From positions 1,736,001 to 1,800,000 of the forward strand of contig BQFW01000013.1 in the NCBI GenBank assembly GCA_020891255.1: 64,000 bases of DNA, in the 5' to 3' direction. The notes below the pieces were generated by a model. That model was not told the origin of the DNA. It made no database searches and saw only the letters and a list, made by a program, of their open reading frames with translations. The number at the start of each line of letters is the position of its first letter. Position 1 is the first letter of the stretch. Origin of the DNA: Entomortierella parvispora E1425. Taxonomy: Eukaryota; Fungi; Mortierellomycota. Below, one piece after another: positions 45,531 to 58,700 of this stretch. A program made the position numbers and the translations under genes.

Positions 45531-47498
45531 TCGTCACCTTCACTGACACTGCCGCTGCATAAACATGTCGATCGCCCTCGAAAATAGATACTCCTTCATC
45601 ACCTTGACACAAATAAACATGCAGATCAAAAACCTCAGGCGGAGAGCCACGCGGTCTGAGCGCACTATGTTTTTTGGGCGAAGTCGTTTGTTTCGGAATG
45701 GAAAGTGCATGTGCCTGTCCCCGGGGCAGGCATGAATGCCGCAAGAGGGAGAATGTTCATTCAGACGAGGCAATGCAATGCACTCCTGTCACTCTTTCGA
45801 CATTCCTGTTTCCACATGGTGTGGGAATTGGCATTTCGGCTTTTGCAATGCCTGGGAAATGGACTTGAACCCACTTCATCAACCTTTTTCATGTCGCCAG
45901 TGTTGTTGCTCAATGCTAGCGAATGCATTCTTTGGGACCAAGAGTAGTTCATTGTTCAACTGTCTGTGTGTTTATTTCGTTTATCTTTTTTATCTAGTGG
46001 TCTGCTCTCAGTCAACCCCAGTTCTTTGATAAAAAAAAAACCAAGGTTGTGCAGGATGCGCCAACGAGCAGGCGGGAGACCTTTCGCATCCCAATAATGT
46101 GCGGTGGCAACCCATCATCGTGAGGAACATCGAGGACGTGTCTTGTTCAGACGATTCATCTCCTTCATGAACTTACGAGGCTCCTCCTGGAACCGTTTGA
46201 CCGGTATCCTTCTCAGAGAACTGATCTCGCCGACAACCTTGCCACCTTGTACCCGACCTTCCCCTAAGTCAAGTAGAGATCCGGCGGACGTAGCGCCTTC
46301 ATGTCAATAGTGCATGGGTCATTTGTATCATCGACCAAGGAGGGAGGTTTACGTCCTTGTTCAGGTAACTCCTCTGACAATCGGCAGTGGTGATCGGGTC
46401 CGAAGCCTCAATAATAAAGCGAGCAGCCCTTCGAGAGGAACATACTACACTGGCAACTAGTACACCGCACTCCTCTCGTCAGCTCGGCTGGGATACGAGG
46501 ATGCTCGTTTCAGCGCCGCTATGCAGTGGCCGTGAAAGAACCCGCCGACAATACAAACTCTTCCCTCAAGACATACCTTCTGACCGCACTAATGAAGTCC
46601 TCAGACTCCCTCATGTGAAAAGGGAATCCTCAAAAAGTCCACGGTCAGCCACACAGAGCTGTCACCCTTCCTTTGTATTGGAGAGAAGAGAGCTGGTCCT
46701 CAAAAAAGCACAACAAAAAAGGATATGAGCTCCCTTCAACTCGCACCGGTGAACTTCAGGTCAAAGTAGATACTCACACATCCACTTTGGCCTTGCGACT
46801 CTCAACCAGACAAAGACTTGAGCATCACTCCAAAGATCTAAACTGGCCCCGAGTAGAAGATCACTGGGCTTGGGCATCACCCCAGAGCCGTTGACTTTCT
46901 ACAAGGGACCAGCCCACACTTCCCGCCACTCTCAAAGGAAGAGCTACCGACCAAAGGTTGTGACAGAGGAGGGTGTTGTCCGGGGTAGGGTAGAGAGGGG
47001 AGCGTGAAGTTACCTTTGGTGCTTCCCTGAAGGCTTTCTTGCCGAGTCTTGGAGGATGGCGGTGAACGAACCGAGTATCGCGAGAACAAGGTAAGGACAG
47101 AGACAAGGATCTCCAAGACGGAACAGACAATATGTGCAAGCAGAGAACTTAAAGTATAAGTGAAGATGAATGGTAGGTAGTTGGGAAGTGGAAGGTGGGA
47201 TGGGTGAAGAAAGAAGGGAAGGAAGGAAAAGGAAGGAAAGGAAAAAAAACGGCTTTTTATGATGACCTTGCAGGCAGGGTGCAAGGGAGCAGCGCTCCTT
47301 AATTGTCAACAACGCGTGCCAGGTCCATGCAACGAGCCCACAGTGCCATGACTGATGTCCATGTGCTGCATGGCCGCTGCACGACCGTTGCACCATCGCA
47401 ACCGGCCAGATCAATGTTTGACAGCCATATATCGTACCGTCTATCCCAACGCGTGCTGTTTGCGGAACAGCCAAAGATGCAGTGAGATGGTACGACAG
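45531..47498. repeat. Dispersed repeat, copy C (~2.0 kb)
   Basis: Direct copy of A and B, fused to the ABCC pseudogene; diverges from A and B after ~47498. Confidence 0.9.
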
Positions 47499-48010
47499 CC
47501 CAAGCCTCTCATATATTAGCCTTTTTTGTTGATTGACCCCTGTAGACCCCACCAAGCCCATTTTGATTCTTGCATCTTTCGAAGATCAGCACAGACACAT
47601 AGACTAGCCACCAATCTCCATATCAACTTTCTGAGTCGATAAGACCGAAGCGAGGACAATCGCACATAGCCCACCTTCCAACGTCCCACTGTCCAACGTC
47701 CCCACGCCCAACCTTGTCACTTATATAGAACTTATATAGATCTCCTGTCGCCTTATGCTACGTTACTATCACCTTCTCCCCCCAAAAGGTCCAGTCCACA
47801 ACATTAGGGGGGACTGTCCAGTTGGAGCTGTTGAGCACGGGGCGGACCGTCTGCTGCTTTTGTGGAGCGAAGCCCCTGCGCAAGAACGTGTACAGGCACC
47901 TGAAAAGTGCGAAGAGTTCTTGGTGAGTTGAAGTACTCGCGAATGCTTTGGTATTTCTCTTGTTAAGCATAGCCACCCACTCACCCAAATCATGACATTT
48001 GCCATAGAAA

Positions 48011-49210
48011 TTGCCTGTGGAGGATCAAGACTTCGTGTTTGGTGTAGATGACTATTATGACTTCACAGCTTCGTCACCTCCCGTGGATGGTAATGAGGCA
48101 GAAGGGAGAAGAGTCTTCGAAACGAATGTGCAGCTTCAAATTATCGAGGCCATGATCTCAAAGGCTGCGAAGGAGGTTGCGGAATTTTCCGGGAAAATGA
48201 AGGAGAAGTTAAGAGTCGAGCTGGAAACAGTGGTGCAAATGGAGAGGAAGCTCCAAGATCAAACAAAGGCTTTCAGCAGTTTGCTCTTGGCAAAGAAAGA
48301 AGTAACTGATCTCGCGGCGGAAATGAGGCGCACCTCACAGCGGATGGAGGGGGTGAAGAAAGCAACTCAAGAGTTAGAGGCGAAAGTCAGGACCCTGGTG
48401 TCTACCGTGGAACCTGCAACCACATCCGGAGTCGAGAACAACACCCACAGTTGCAGAGCAAACTCCGAGTCAAAAGAAAAAAATGGATACCGCTTTCTGT
48501 AGAAACTGCACAAACAGCGCATATGTAAACGGCTCACACGAAGGGCGTACAGGCGGTGAAAATCATTGTAAAACAATAAACAGACAGCCTGCAAGATGTG
48601 AGTACAAGGGAATTGACAGAAAAGAGTACTTTGCGCCACTTCCTTTTTTTTTTTTTTTTTTGTGGAAAGAATCTTCACTTCTTCACGCACATATACTTCC
48701 ATGCGAAAAAACAGCTGCCTCTTTGATTTTTGTAAGAAAGGATTACTCGACAAGCTACCCTCGGACCGGAAACCAGGAGAAGCGGTCCATGTCAAGCGAT
48801 ATCACCAACATGCTGCCCATTCATTTGGGCTACACGGTACTCTCTTCACGTTCCGACGGGACCCATCCCAGCACAACAGATACATTTGTGTCTGTGATAC
48901 TCTACTCTCCACCATTGACAGTCTCACAGTGCACGCTGTCGGGTCACGCCGTCCATCTAACAACCAGGACCCTTGTCCGTTCCTTTGTGCCCGGGCCATC
49001 CAGATTGCTCAAACAAAGGAGTCCGTCAATGACAAGGAGAAGGCCATCAATTACCGGCCAATACAAGTCGTTGAAAATCCTCGAATCAACCCTTATGAGG
49101 ATCAAGAAGAGCGCCCTGTTGTCTCCAGGCGTAAAAAAGAAAAGAATGTTGATCTGAGATCCTTCCTCAGAGCGCAGGATCGATCCCTGGAAAAGCTATC
49201 AGGACACTGA
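48011..49210 (+). CDS. Hypothetical, possibly spliced or decayed gene with a coiled-coil segment and Cys-rich pieces
   Basis: 163-aa ORF with heptad-like KMKEKLRVELETVVQMERKLQDQ; nearby CCFC..RH and CRNC fragments; duplicated CTTATATAGA upstream at ~47720; gene model unresolved. Confidence 0.35.
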
Positions 49211-49727
49211 GGAAAGTTCGGGCAGACATCAGAAAACAGCTGGACCAATAAGTACACGAATAAAATCCTCCTTCCTTCCCACTCTCTGGCTCACATTGAC
49301 TGAATATTTGCACTGCTCGCCCTGGTGCCCTCGCCCCTTGTCGTGCCAATTTCCTTTTTTTTCTTTTTTTTTTTGAAAACATGTACTGATGCTACAGCGA
49401 CTTGAACGGTATTGGTACTCTGAACCCAACACGAGGACTTTGCATTCAGGGACAACACGCGAGCGAAAATGGAATCAAACTTTAGAAAGTAGGCGACTAC
49501 GAATGAGGTCAGGCGGGACCGTATGGGCCAAAAGAAGGAGATAGGTGGCGCAACATGATGGTTATTTCCTACACAGTTGGGAAATAGTCACTAACACCCG
49601 TGAGCCCGTGAGCGAGCAGAACTTGCTTCAATTGTGTCCTCACAAAAAAAAAACAACATCATTTCATCTCTTCCGCCCCATGGCACCACTGTCCTTGACA
49701 TAATCGAGTCTTCAAGAGCCTTTGCTT

Positions 49728-51931
49728 TTATTGAGGAATCAATTCTGGAGATCGAAGAGTCAAGGGCCATGACATGGGTGATCCTGAGCCACTACTTATC
49801 GTTCCATCGCCGTGCTCTACTGGAACTGAAACTTCTGGCACATACTCGGGCTCCCGAGACCGCAGCTGAGGCGAATCTGCATAACTTGGAGGAGCATCGT
49901 AAGCATGAGGATTTTGAGAATGCTGAGCATGCTGAAGTTGCTGGGGACTCTGGGGATACTGAGAACCCTGGAGTTGTTGAGGCTGCTGCGGTAAAGGTGG
50001 AAGTGGAGGGTATGCTTGAGAAGACGACCTCTGAGGCGAACCTTGCTCCAGAGTTGTGGGTCGCACATCCGAAAACGAAGACTGACTTGGGAGATGATGC
50101 CACTGCTGGTTTGAAGGCTGGGGATTCAAAAGCGAATATTGCTGTAAGCTATTGAACTGTGGTGAGATTGGCTGTACCACATTCATATGAGAGATGGGTC
50201 TCGGTGACACCACTCCTGTACTCGAAATCTGCATGGTTGAGAGTTGCTGAGTCGCCGCCTGTCCGACGAATGTCACTTCGCCAGTGTGCCTGGTTCCGTT
50301 ATGACCTTGATTCACAAGTTGACCATCTTTGTACACATCAAGCACGACCTGCTGTTGGTGTCCTGCGTTGTATCCTCTCCTGCGACAACCACGAAATACC
50401 ATAAGGATGACAAACAGGGCTGCTACACCACCAACAACCCCACCCACAATCTGTGGAACATTAGAGCCACCAGAGTCATCAGAACCTCCATAACTACCAC
50501 CAGTGCCGCCTAATCCGCCTCCATCAGAGGTTGGTGATGGGTTCTTTTGGGGCCCCATGGTGCTATCGTAGTCGTTGTCGGGATCTGGTCCCATGTATAC
50601 GCTGAGATACTTGTTGCGCTTCAAATCGTACAAGATTGCTGGTGCCGATACTGTTGCGGAAGAGTCGCCACCTGGATTTTTTTTGTACAACCTTCAGTTA
50701 GCTCCATTTCCTTCAGAGCAGAAGACGCGATGTTCACCTTTGAGAGTAAGGGAGAGGGCACACGAAAAAGGTTATTTGTCTTACCTCCCCAGGAAATGAA
50801 GGTATCATTGTAAATGGTGCAGACGGCGTTGAGTCTTGGGCTGGAATAGTCCTTGGCACGAGTCCAGACCAAAGAATTCAGGTCCAAAACAAAGAGCTCT
50901 GCCAAGTAGTTCTGGTAGAAATTATCTGCATTCCTGCCCCCCATCACCACGAGCTTGGATCCGTCATCGGCTAGGTAATGGTAGTTGAGAGATGTTTAGT
51001 TCAAAAGTCAATGGAAGATGGAAACATTTTTGAACGAGCTCTTTATCTTACAGATGGCCATGCATTGGTCGGTTCGAGCACCAGGGCCGCTTCCTGTAGT
51101 GGACTAAAAACATACCACAGAAATACAAAAAATGAGAATGGGCATTTTGACAACAACAACAACAACTACAAAAAAAGACCCCTACGTAGCGACGATACTT
51201 ACCAAGGACGACCATAAGTTCGTGTTCGGGTCATATGTTACAATGGCACTCGGGGCATAACTCCCTGAGGGGTAGACTCTGCCTCCAAAGAAAAGCATTG
51301 TCTTTGTATTTGAGTTCCAAACACCGCTGTAATACAGCGCCCCGGTAAGAGCACCCGCCATTGAGGTCTTATTCATAGTGTCCGTGGCGAAGTTGTACAT
51401 GTACAGCTGATCACCAAGAGTATCTTCATATCCTGACGGCAGATACACTTGGTTATTCAAAGGGTTCAGGACAGCACCCACGCCAGTGCGGTTACCCAGA
51501 GGCACCTGGACCTTGGAGGGTGTCCAGGTGTCCGTCGGCACATCGTAGACCATAGCAAAAGGGGCAGAGGGATCGTCACTGGAATGAAAAGTGACCATCT
51601 TGTTGCCGTCTGCAGACATTGCGCCGGGAAAGCCGTACTGTTTGGGGCCACTCTGGAGTTTCCTCCAAGCCGGTGCTGATCCTTTCCAAGAGACAGACAG
51701 GTCCAGGACAATGAACTGACCATCGCCCATAATAAATGTGGGAGAGTTGTAAAAGTAAGAGGAGGGAGTCTTGACCTCACGCTCATATCCACCACCGACC
51801 ACATACAGCTTTGAGCCGAAGCGAGCGAAGGCTGGACTTGAGACAGCGGTAACTACAGTGGCATTCTGGGCTTGGGTTGGAGAAAAGATTACGAGGTCGA
51901 GCAAGCAAAAGAGGAGGAAGAGCGATATCAT
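49728..51931 (-). CDS. Kelch/galactose-oxidase-type beta-propeller single-pass membrane protein, multi-exon
   Basis: Signal peptide MISLFLLFCLLDLVIFSPTQA; repeats with LYVVGG, YLPSGY, LFFGG, VVMGG, ISWGG; Gly/Ser linker; TM IVGGVVGGVAALFVILMVF followed by RGCRRR; Pro/Gln-rich cytoplasmic tail. Confidence 0.85.
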
Positions 51932-52747
51932 GACCTCAAGTTGGCCAGGTGCTGGAATTCTTGTGTGTGGGAGGAGGAGGGAGGGTCGAAGGGAGGATGG
52001 GGCGTTGGAGAAGAAGATGGGACAGGGAAGGGGACCAGAAGGGACAAAAGAGGTGAAAACATTCTTTCCTGGCTTCCTTGAACTTACAAGAGAGTCAGTC
52101 GTCTCCACTCCGGGAATGACTCTCAGCCCCCGACAGAGCCCTCTTTGAGCTCCGTCCTGTTACATTATTAACATTTTCAAACATATCAGAGTCTTGGTAG
52201 AGCGTGAGGCAAGGGAGGAAAATCCAGGGAGCTAGGCACACATTCCATGCGAAAGTAGAAAAAAAGAGTGGAAGTGCTCTCGCGTGAACGATAAACTTCG
52301 ATCTCAGGGACCAATCGTGCCCTGAGAGACTTTCTCCCGGGTGGACGCCCCGGGGATGGCGGAGGATCGACTCAAGGGGTGCTCGCATTGGAATGATCGT
52401 ATCTTGCGCTTTGGGAGATGGGGGGGGGGGTTGGATATGATATCCAGGGTAAACTCCATAATGTAGGTCTAGTCTGGACTAATGGTTCAGACACTTGCTT
52501 GGATCGCAGTTGAGGAGGTTGGATGAACATCAGAGCTCGATGCCATTGGCAATCGTATCTGGCTGTTGAGAGAGCACAGGCAAAGTGGCAGTGAAGGTGC
52601 TCTCGCTGGCAGGGCAGCACATACTTCGAACCCGAGGACCAATCCCAGCGACTTCTTGATTTTTACCAAGGGTAGCACAGAGCAGGAGGCGCAGTGGTTG
52701 AAGGTAAGCATGTCATGAGGAACATAACCACAAGATTTTTTTTTATT

Positions 52748-55003
52748 TTAGATCCTTGCTTTGATCAGACTTGGGGGCGCCCTCTCTGCCCGGAAGACTT
52801 CAGGTGTGAAAGTTCCATGGAATCCAAAGGGGACATGGTGCTTCAAGCCAACGGTGGCCAGCAACTCCATGGTCTTTGCATCCAAGATCGCGAAATCCGT
52901 AGTCTGTTTCTTGGGATGGTAAACCTGCACCACCACATAGCCATCATCTTCCTCCCTTCGTGTCGAGTCGTCCTCCCCGACGACAGAGTAGCCTCCTCGA
53001 GGGATGAAGCACGGTTCGCCTGTAACACCCTCGCTTTCCCAGAACTTTGTCTTCTTGTCGTCCAGCAGATCATGCTTCAGCACTGCGGTGAAGTAATGGG
53101 GTCGCTTGGGATCGCTCGATGCCATCATGTACGTATACCTGGTCGGTAATCCATGTCTGTACGGATGAACCGCCGGGAACTCGACGGATGCCTCACTCAG
53201 AAGCCTTTGCGAGACCTTTGGCTTGTCCTTTGAAGGATCGGCTCCCAACTGGACCTTAAACTCGGTCAAGAGCCCGGGGGCCTTGGAGGCATTACTAAGC
53301 CAAATCTTGTTTTCAAACTCCATGGTGAATTTTTTGCCTAGACAGACAGCTGTCAGATCCAAGCCCACAACCTTCGATCGACCATCGGCATCCTCAGAGA
53401 GAATCTCTTGAACGTTGCCAAAGTGGAAGATGTGACAAGGTTCTGGAATATCAGCCTCGATCCACTCTTTGCCGCCTAGGACTCTTTGTGCAATTTCTGG
53501 TGAGCGTGCAATGATGACGAGTCGACAAGGGAGATGGTCATAGTAGCGCATTGCATCCCCGGGTGAGGTGAGACCCAGGAAAAACTTGTACGCGTCCACG
53601 GTGGAGACGTTCACAAAGGGCGTGATCTGAACAATGTAGAAATGTTTGCTCATCAATAGGTCGTGCGCGTAGTTGAGTCCTGGAATGCGGAACGTCTGTC
53701 AAGAACACATCAAAGCAGGATATAATGACAAAAAGTCAGTGAGAAGAATGAGACACATATTTCTTGCCAAACCCAAGAGAATCAGAAGATGTTTGTGTAC
53801 CTGAAGACTCTTGACTGCCCACTCACGTCCGTATTCATTGATCTGAAGCGAAGGCAAGCGACTGAGACCTGCCTTAGCGGACATGGTGACAAGTCGATCC
53901 AAATGAGGATCATATCGGAAGTGAGCTCCGAGAACACGCAGCTTGAGCGTTCCATCGAGATCTTCCTCGCCGATCGTTTCCAATGTAGTCGGGTCCAAAC
54001 AATGAGGCAATCCTATAATCAAATAGAGCGAAGAATCACCAGTTTTCAGTACACGGTGTCAATCCGTCAGAGCCTGCGAAAATGGAAGAAGATACATACC
54101 GGTTTCGTGGGCACTAAGAACTTTTCCCTATGCAGAACAAGGATGTGCATCGGCTTTCAGTCAGGGCCATTTTGCCAATGCTCAAAATTGAACTTCAAAA
54201 CTAGAGAGATAGAAAGATGTCCCCTTTCGGCCCTTTTTTTTCTTACCTCCCACATGTAGACATTGGTATTGGACGGGTTCCTGAACGTGAGCACGGTCGA
54301 GTTCTTCTCCCAGCCAAGCTTTGTCTTTATGAGCGCTCCAAGGTTGGCCCCGAGTGAGTTGGGGTCGGTGCCCATTTGACCACGATAGATCATCTTGCGG
54401 GCAGCCTGTTCCTCCACACGATGACGCGATTGCACAAACCGAGAGTTGAAGTGAACATGGCCATCTCCGGGGAACGTCAAGGCCACAACTAGACCATCGC
54501 CGTCGATCGGGTGAGTGAGCCGGGTCGATCCCACGCTGTCATTGCCAGGACCTAAAAAAGAGTACGAAACAAGAAACGGCGGTCAAAATTACCACAATAT
54601 GAACACGGGTCGCTTCCCACATGAAAAAAGGTTGTCACGTGCAAGGATCTTTCTTGATTCACGTTTGTGGAGAGGAGAGTGAAAGCGAAATAGCCTTTCT
54701 GTGGAGGGTGCGGGGTATTGGTGTGGGTGAAAGTATGGAGGGGAGTGTAGAGGGTACTGTATTGAGTAGAAGGAAGTGAAGGCAGAGGAGGGATACTCGA
54801 GGGGGCGGGTCGTGTTCACACGCTCATAGCGACAGAAACAATCGGAATCTATTAGTTGTACCGTTGCGGAAGAAGGTGCCAACAAGGTCCCGAGGAAGTG
54901 TGCCTTTGATGTCGACCTCAGGGACCCAGTATGTGAGTTGCTCGCGCGTCTGCGTCTTCCAGCCAGCAGCTGCTTGTGCGGTAGAAAAAGAATGATGGGC
55001 CAT
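52748..55003 (-). CDS. Carotenoid cleavage oxygenase (RPE65/CCD family), multi-exon
   Basis: IKGTLPRDLVGTFFRNG, HPIDGDG, FRNPSNTNV, LGAHFRYD, AHDLL, FHFGN, EFPAV, GEPCFIP, EDDGY, VPFGFHGTF; the four Fe-binding His positions are recognisable. Confidence 0.92.
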
Positions 55004-55747
55004 GTGGATTAATGCAATATTCTTAAGGAATGACGGGATGGAGATGAACAAGAGACGAGATGCAGTCAATCAGCCAATCAATCAATGCTGGGACAGGACA
55101 AAAGGAAGGAGAGGACGAGCCGATAACCGCTGGGAAAGAGTGTGGAGATGTGGAGGAGGGGAGGGGGAAGGGAAGGGGGAAAGTGTCGTCCGAGAGGAAG
55201 GACGAATCACTCATGCATGCTTTGTGTTCCCGTGTGTCTTCTGGCACATGTCGCGCAATGATATTCGCGTCTGAACTGGGTATCTTTCGAAGCCGGGAAC
55301 GCCACTTGTTGGCTAATGGCAATCAGTACCATGATCAATAGCCCCCTGACTTTTTGGCACCCTCATTGTCAGTGGAAGGACCACTTCCTACTGAAGAATC
55401 CATCTTGTCAATGATAGTTCGCCCCTCAGGCTGGAAATTGCTCTCAGAGCGTGTGTCTCTCCGAGAGCGAGTTTATGTTTCCCTTCCAGACGCGTGTTGT
55501 TGTTCCCCCCAACCTTTTTTTTTTTTTTTTTTTTTTTCACTAGTCCCACATTGTGGTGGTCGCCCACCTCACACGCATCAGACACATTCGCATGGACTTT
55601 GAAAAACTTTCAAACTGGTCCTTATAGTTCAGAAACGCAGCGGGTATTATTTCATGAGGAAGAAAGGAGTAAGAAGATAAACTAGATCGTGCAGAAAACG
55701 CAAAGTCCAGTCATGGCGAAAACCATGGACCTTTGCCGTCATTTTTT

Positions 55748-58700
55748 TTAAGGAGCTACGGTGGCCGAAGTGCTAGGGGTTGTCGCAGGAGCGGCGGAGG
55801 TGGCAGTAATAGGGATAGGGTTTACTGTGGTGGTGGTGGTGGGCAAAGGAGCCACTGTGGCCGGCGACGACGGGGTTGCGGGAACCGTGGATGGAGACAA
55901 CGCAGGGGATGGTGTGGGAGGAGGGCCTCGCAATTTATCAAAGTATTGGCGAATGACGCCAAAGTCTGCTGGTGCTCTGGCGGTAGTTGTGCAGGCATCG
56001 CCTGCGGGCTGGGTGGTGTTGGGATAATAGCCGGAGCAAGACCAATCGACGTTTTGGGGCGTTGGGTCTTGGCCCAGTGTGATGACAGGCATGACAACAA
56101 TAAAGGAGGTACAAGGCGCCGCAATGCAGGCTTCGACGTAAGAAGCCCAGAAGTCGTCTGGGTAGTTAAAGAAATTGAAGGGGTCCAAGGCAAGCTGCAC
56201 TTTCCAGGTAATAGGTTTGACGGTGTCGTTGGGTTCAAAGACAACGGGCACGAATGATGGATCATTTCCCCAGCTTGCAAGGCCGACCTGCCTGCCATCA
56301 TTGGTCCCGAGATAAAAGTCTTGTTGCGCAATAGGATCCACGTTCGGGTCCGCATACATGCTGTCAATCGAGACTCGGATACCGGGGTACGGGTGGTGGA
56401 ACATTGCAGACAACTCAAAGATACCATCTACGCCAGTGTTGGGCAACATCGTTATGTTCCAAACAGGATCATACGGAGGGAGTGTACTCATAGCGCTACC
56501 ATTATAGATAGTGGTCGAAGTCTCTAGATTGAGCAAACCAGCTGCCAGGGCAGGGTTCGGGCTAGATCCATTGAAACCATAGAGATACACGGTGGTCGAG
56601 GCGATAGAAGCGTTGTTGATATCAGCGGCAATATCGTTTGCTTTTTGTCCATAAATCGAGGCTTGGAGATCGAGGACCGCGACAATGTCGTTGGGACCGG
56701 GGACCAGTGTCAAATCTTTGATGGTAGACTGGCCACACAGTCCTGAAGGGAGGTAGTTGACGCCTGCCATCATCGTCAAATTGCCGATCTTGAGCGTCAG
56801 TTGACTGGGGTTGTAAATAACAACCTGCGACTCGACACTGATGTCACCCCAAGAGTTCATGCCCAAAATCGACTTGAAGTCAATCTTCTTGAGACCTTGA
56901 AGACCCGCCAACTGCGTTGTGACATCAAGAGGAATTCCTTTGACCTCAATGTCTCCAAATGGAGGCAGGCTCAACATAGACGAAGCCGTACCTCTCAAAC
57001 CCAAAGTGTAGTTACCGGCCGCTGTCAAGGCACCGATAAAGTTTTCGTAGGTCTTTTGTGAGGCGTCTGAAATAACCAGGGGAGCAGGTGGAGTCACAAC
57101 CGTAACCATATCTCCAACGGAGGTTGAATGGGCATAGTCCGTGTCCAAGGTACCAACAAGGTTGCCCGCCGTATCAAGGATCTGGACGTTCTGGCTCAAT
57201 TGCGTGATGGGAGCTCCGTTGCGGAAGGGCAATTTGGTCTGGGCCGTGATGGTCGAGGTAGCATTCGGTTTCCAAACGCACTCACCGCAAGTGAAATCCA
57301 TCTCCATGGCATCAATATTGACCGAAACAATGGGAGAGTATGGCAGAGGGGGCAAGGATGTGTCCAGACTCAAGGTCTGGATAGCTGCGTCCAGCCACGA
57401 GAGACCGGGGGCACCCAACCCTTTAGCCTGTAGAGGTGTCGAAATGTTGCTGACGGCATTGTGGAAGATTCCCTCAAGCACTGGAACCAAGGCTGCAGGG
57501 TTAGATCCAGCGGCAATAGTGGCGTTCAAGGCAAAGTTCGAGGGAGAGTGCGCAATCAGCTGCATGTTGGTAGCCACTGCTGGTCCGAGAACCGTTCCTT
57601 GGAACAGCGTCTGGAAGTTGGAGACAGGGATGGTCATGCCGATGGTCGAGGGGTTCTGGACATAGGCACCGATAGACAAATGCAAACCAGCATCATCATA
57701 GGACTCGATGATGTAGTCGAGCAACTGCAGGCCTGCAAGCTTGTTGAATCCATCCAGAGTCACAGTCTTGGTCATGGATACTCCGGGCATCGAGGCACCC
57801 ATGGCGTTGACAACAATGCCAGTGGTCGAGATGGTCCAGTCAAACTTGGCGTTGTTCAAAGCAAAGGTCGTGAACTCGGTGTAGGCTGCAGCATCGGTGA
57901 TGGTAAACTGCACACCCTTCAGGTCCAGATTGGCACCTTGATCAGCAACAGCATTGACTGTGGGCATGGTCATTGATCCGATCGCCTTTCCGTTATAAGA
58001 GACAACGACGGGGCTGGGGAACACAATTTCGGCATCCAAGGGACCTGTCTTGGTGATCGCACCAACAATATCGGTCAAGAAGTTCGTCTCCTGAGGAGAG
58101 TTGATGGTGATGGCACTGAATGCAAGGAGAGATGCATCGACAATCGATTGAGCAATTGGTGTTCCGACAAGAGGGATCAACTTCAGGATCGAACTGTCCG
58201 TGGCAGTAGCGACACCGGTCTGGGTATAAGGGATGGTGACTTGGTAATCACCGACCTTGACTGTTGTGGTCATGGTGATATCGACCTCGAGGCCGGCCAT
58301 GGCCTTGATCGTAAAGTCGGCTACATTGAATCCTGCAAACAAGCTGGCTGGAGGGGTGCCGCCATGTTGGAGAGAGAGCAGTCCCTCAAAGGCATCTGTG
58401 TTCATACCGTTCTTCTTGGCCTGGGCCATGATCAAGGTGACCAGATCAGCGGGGTTGGTGTTCATGGCCAAGCTGGCAGTGATGGTGCCCTGACCAACAC
58501 CGGGGATCACAGGAGGGGTAGCAAAGGTCGAGACGACAGAGCCAACCAATGCGCCGTTGTAAGTGATCTTGGAGTCGATGGACAAGATTGACATGGCGGG
58601 GACGAAGGGGTTGTTGACAGTGACAACAGTCTGAGCGAGACCGTTGACAAGAGTGGTGTTAAGTACTTCCAGAGATGCACCAGCGAGCAGCTTGGACTGC

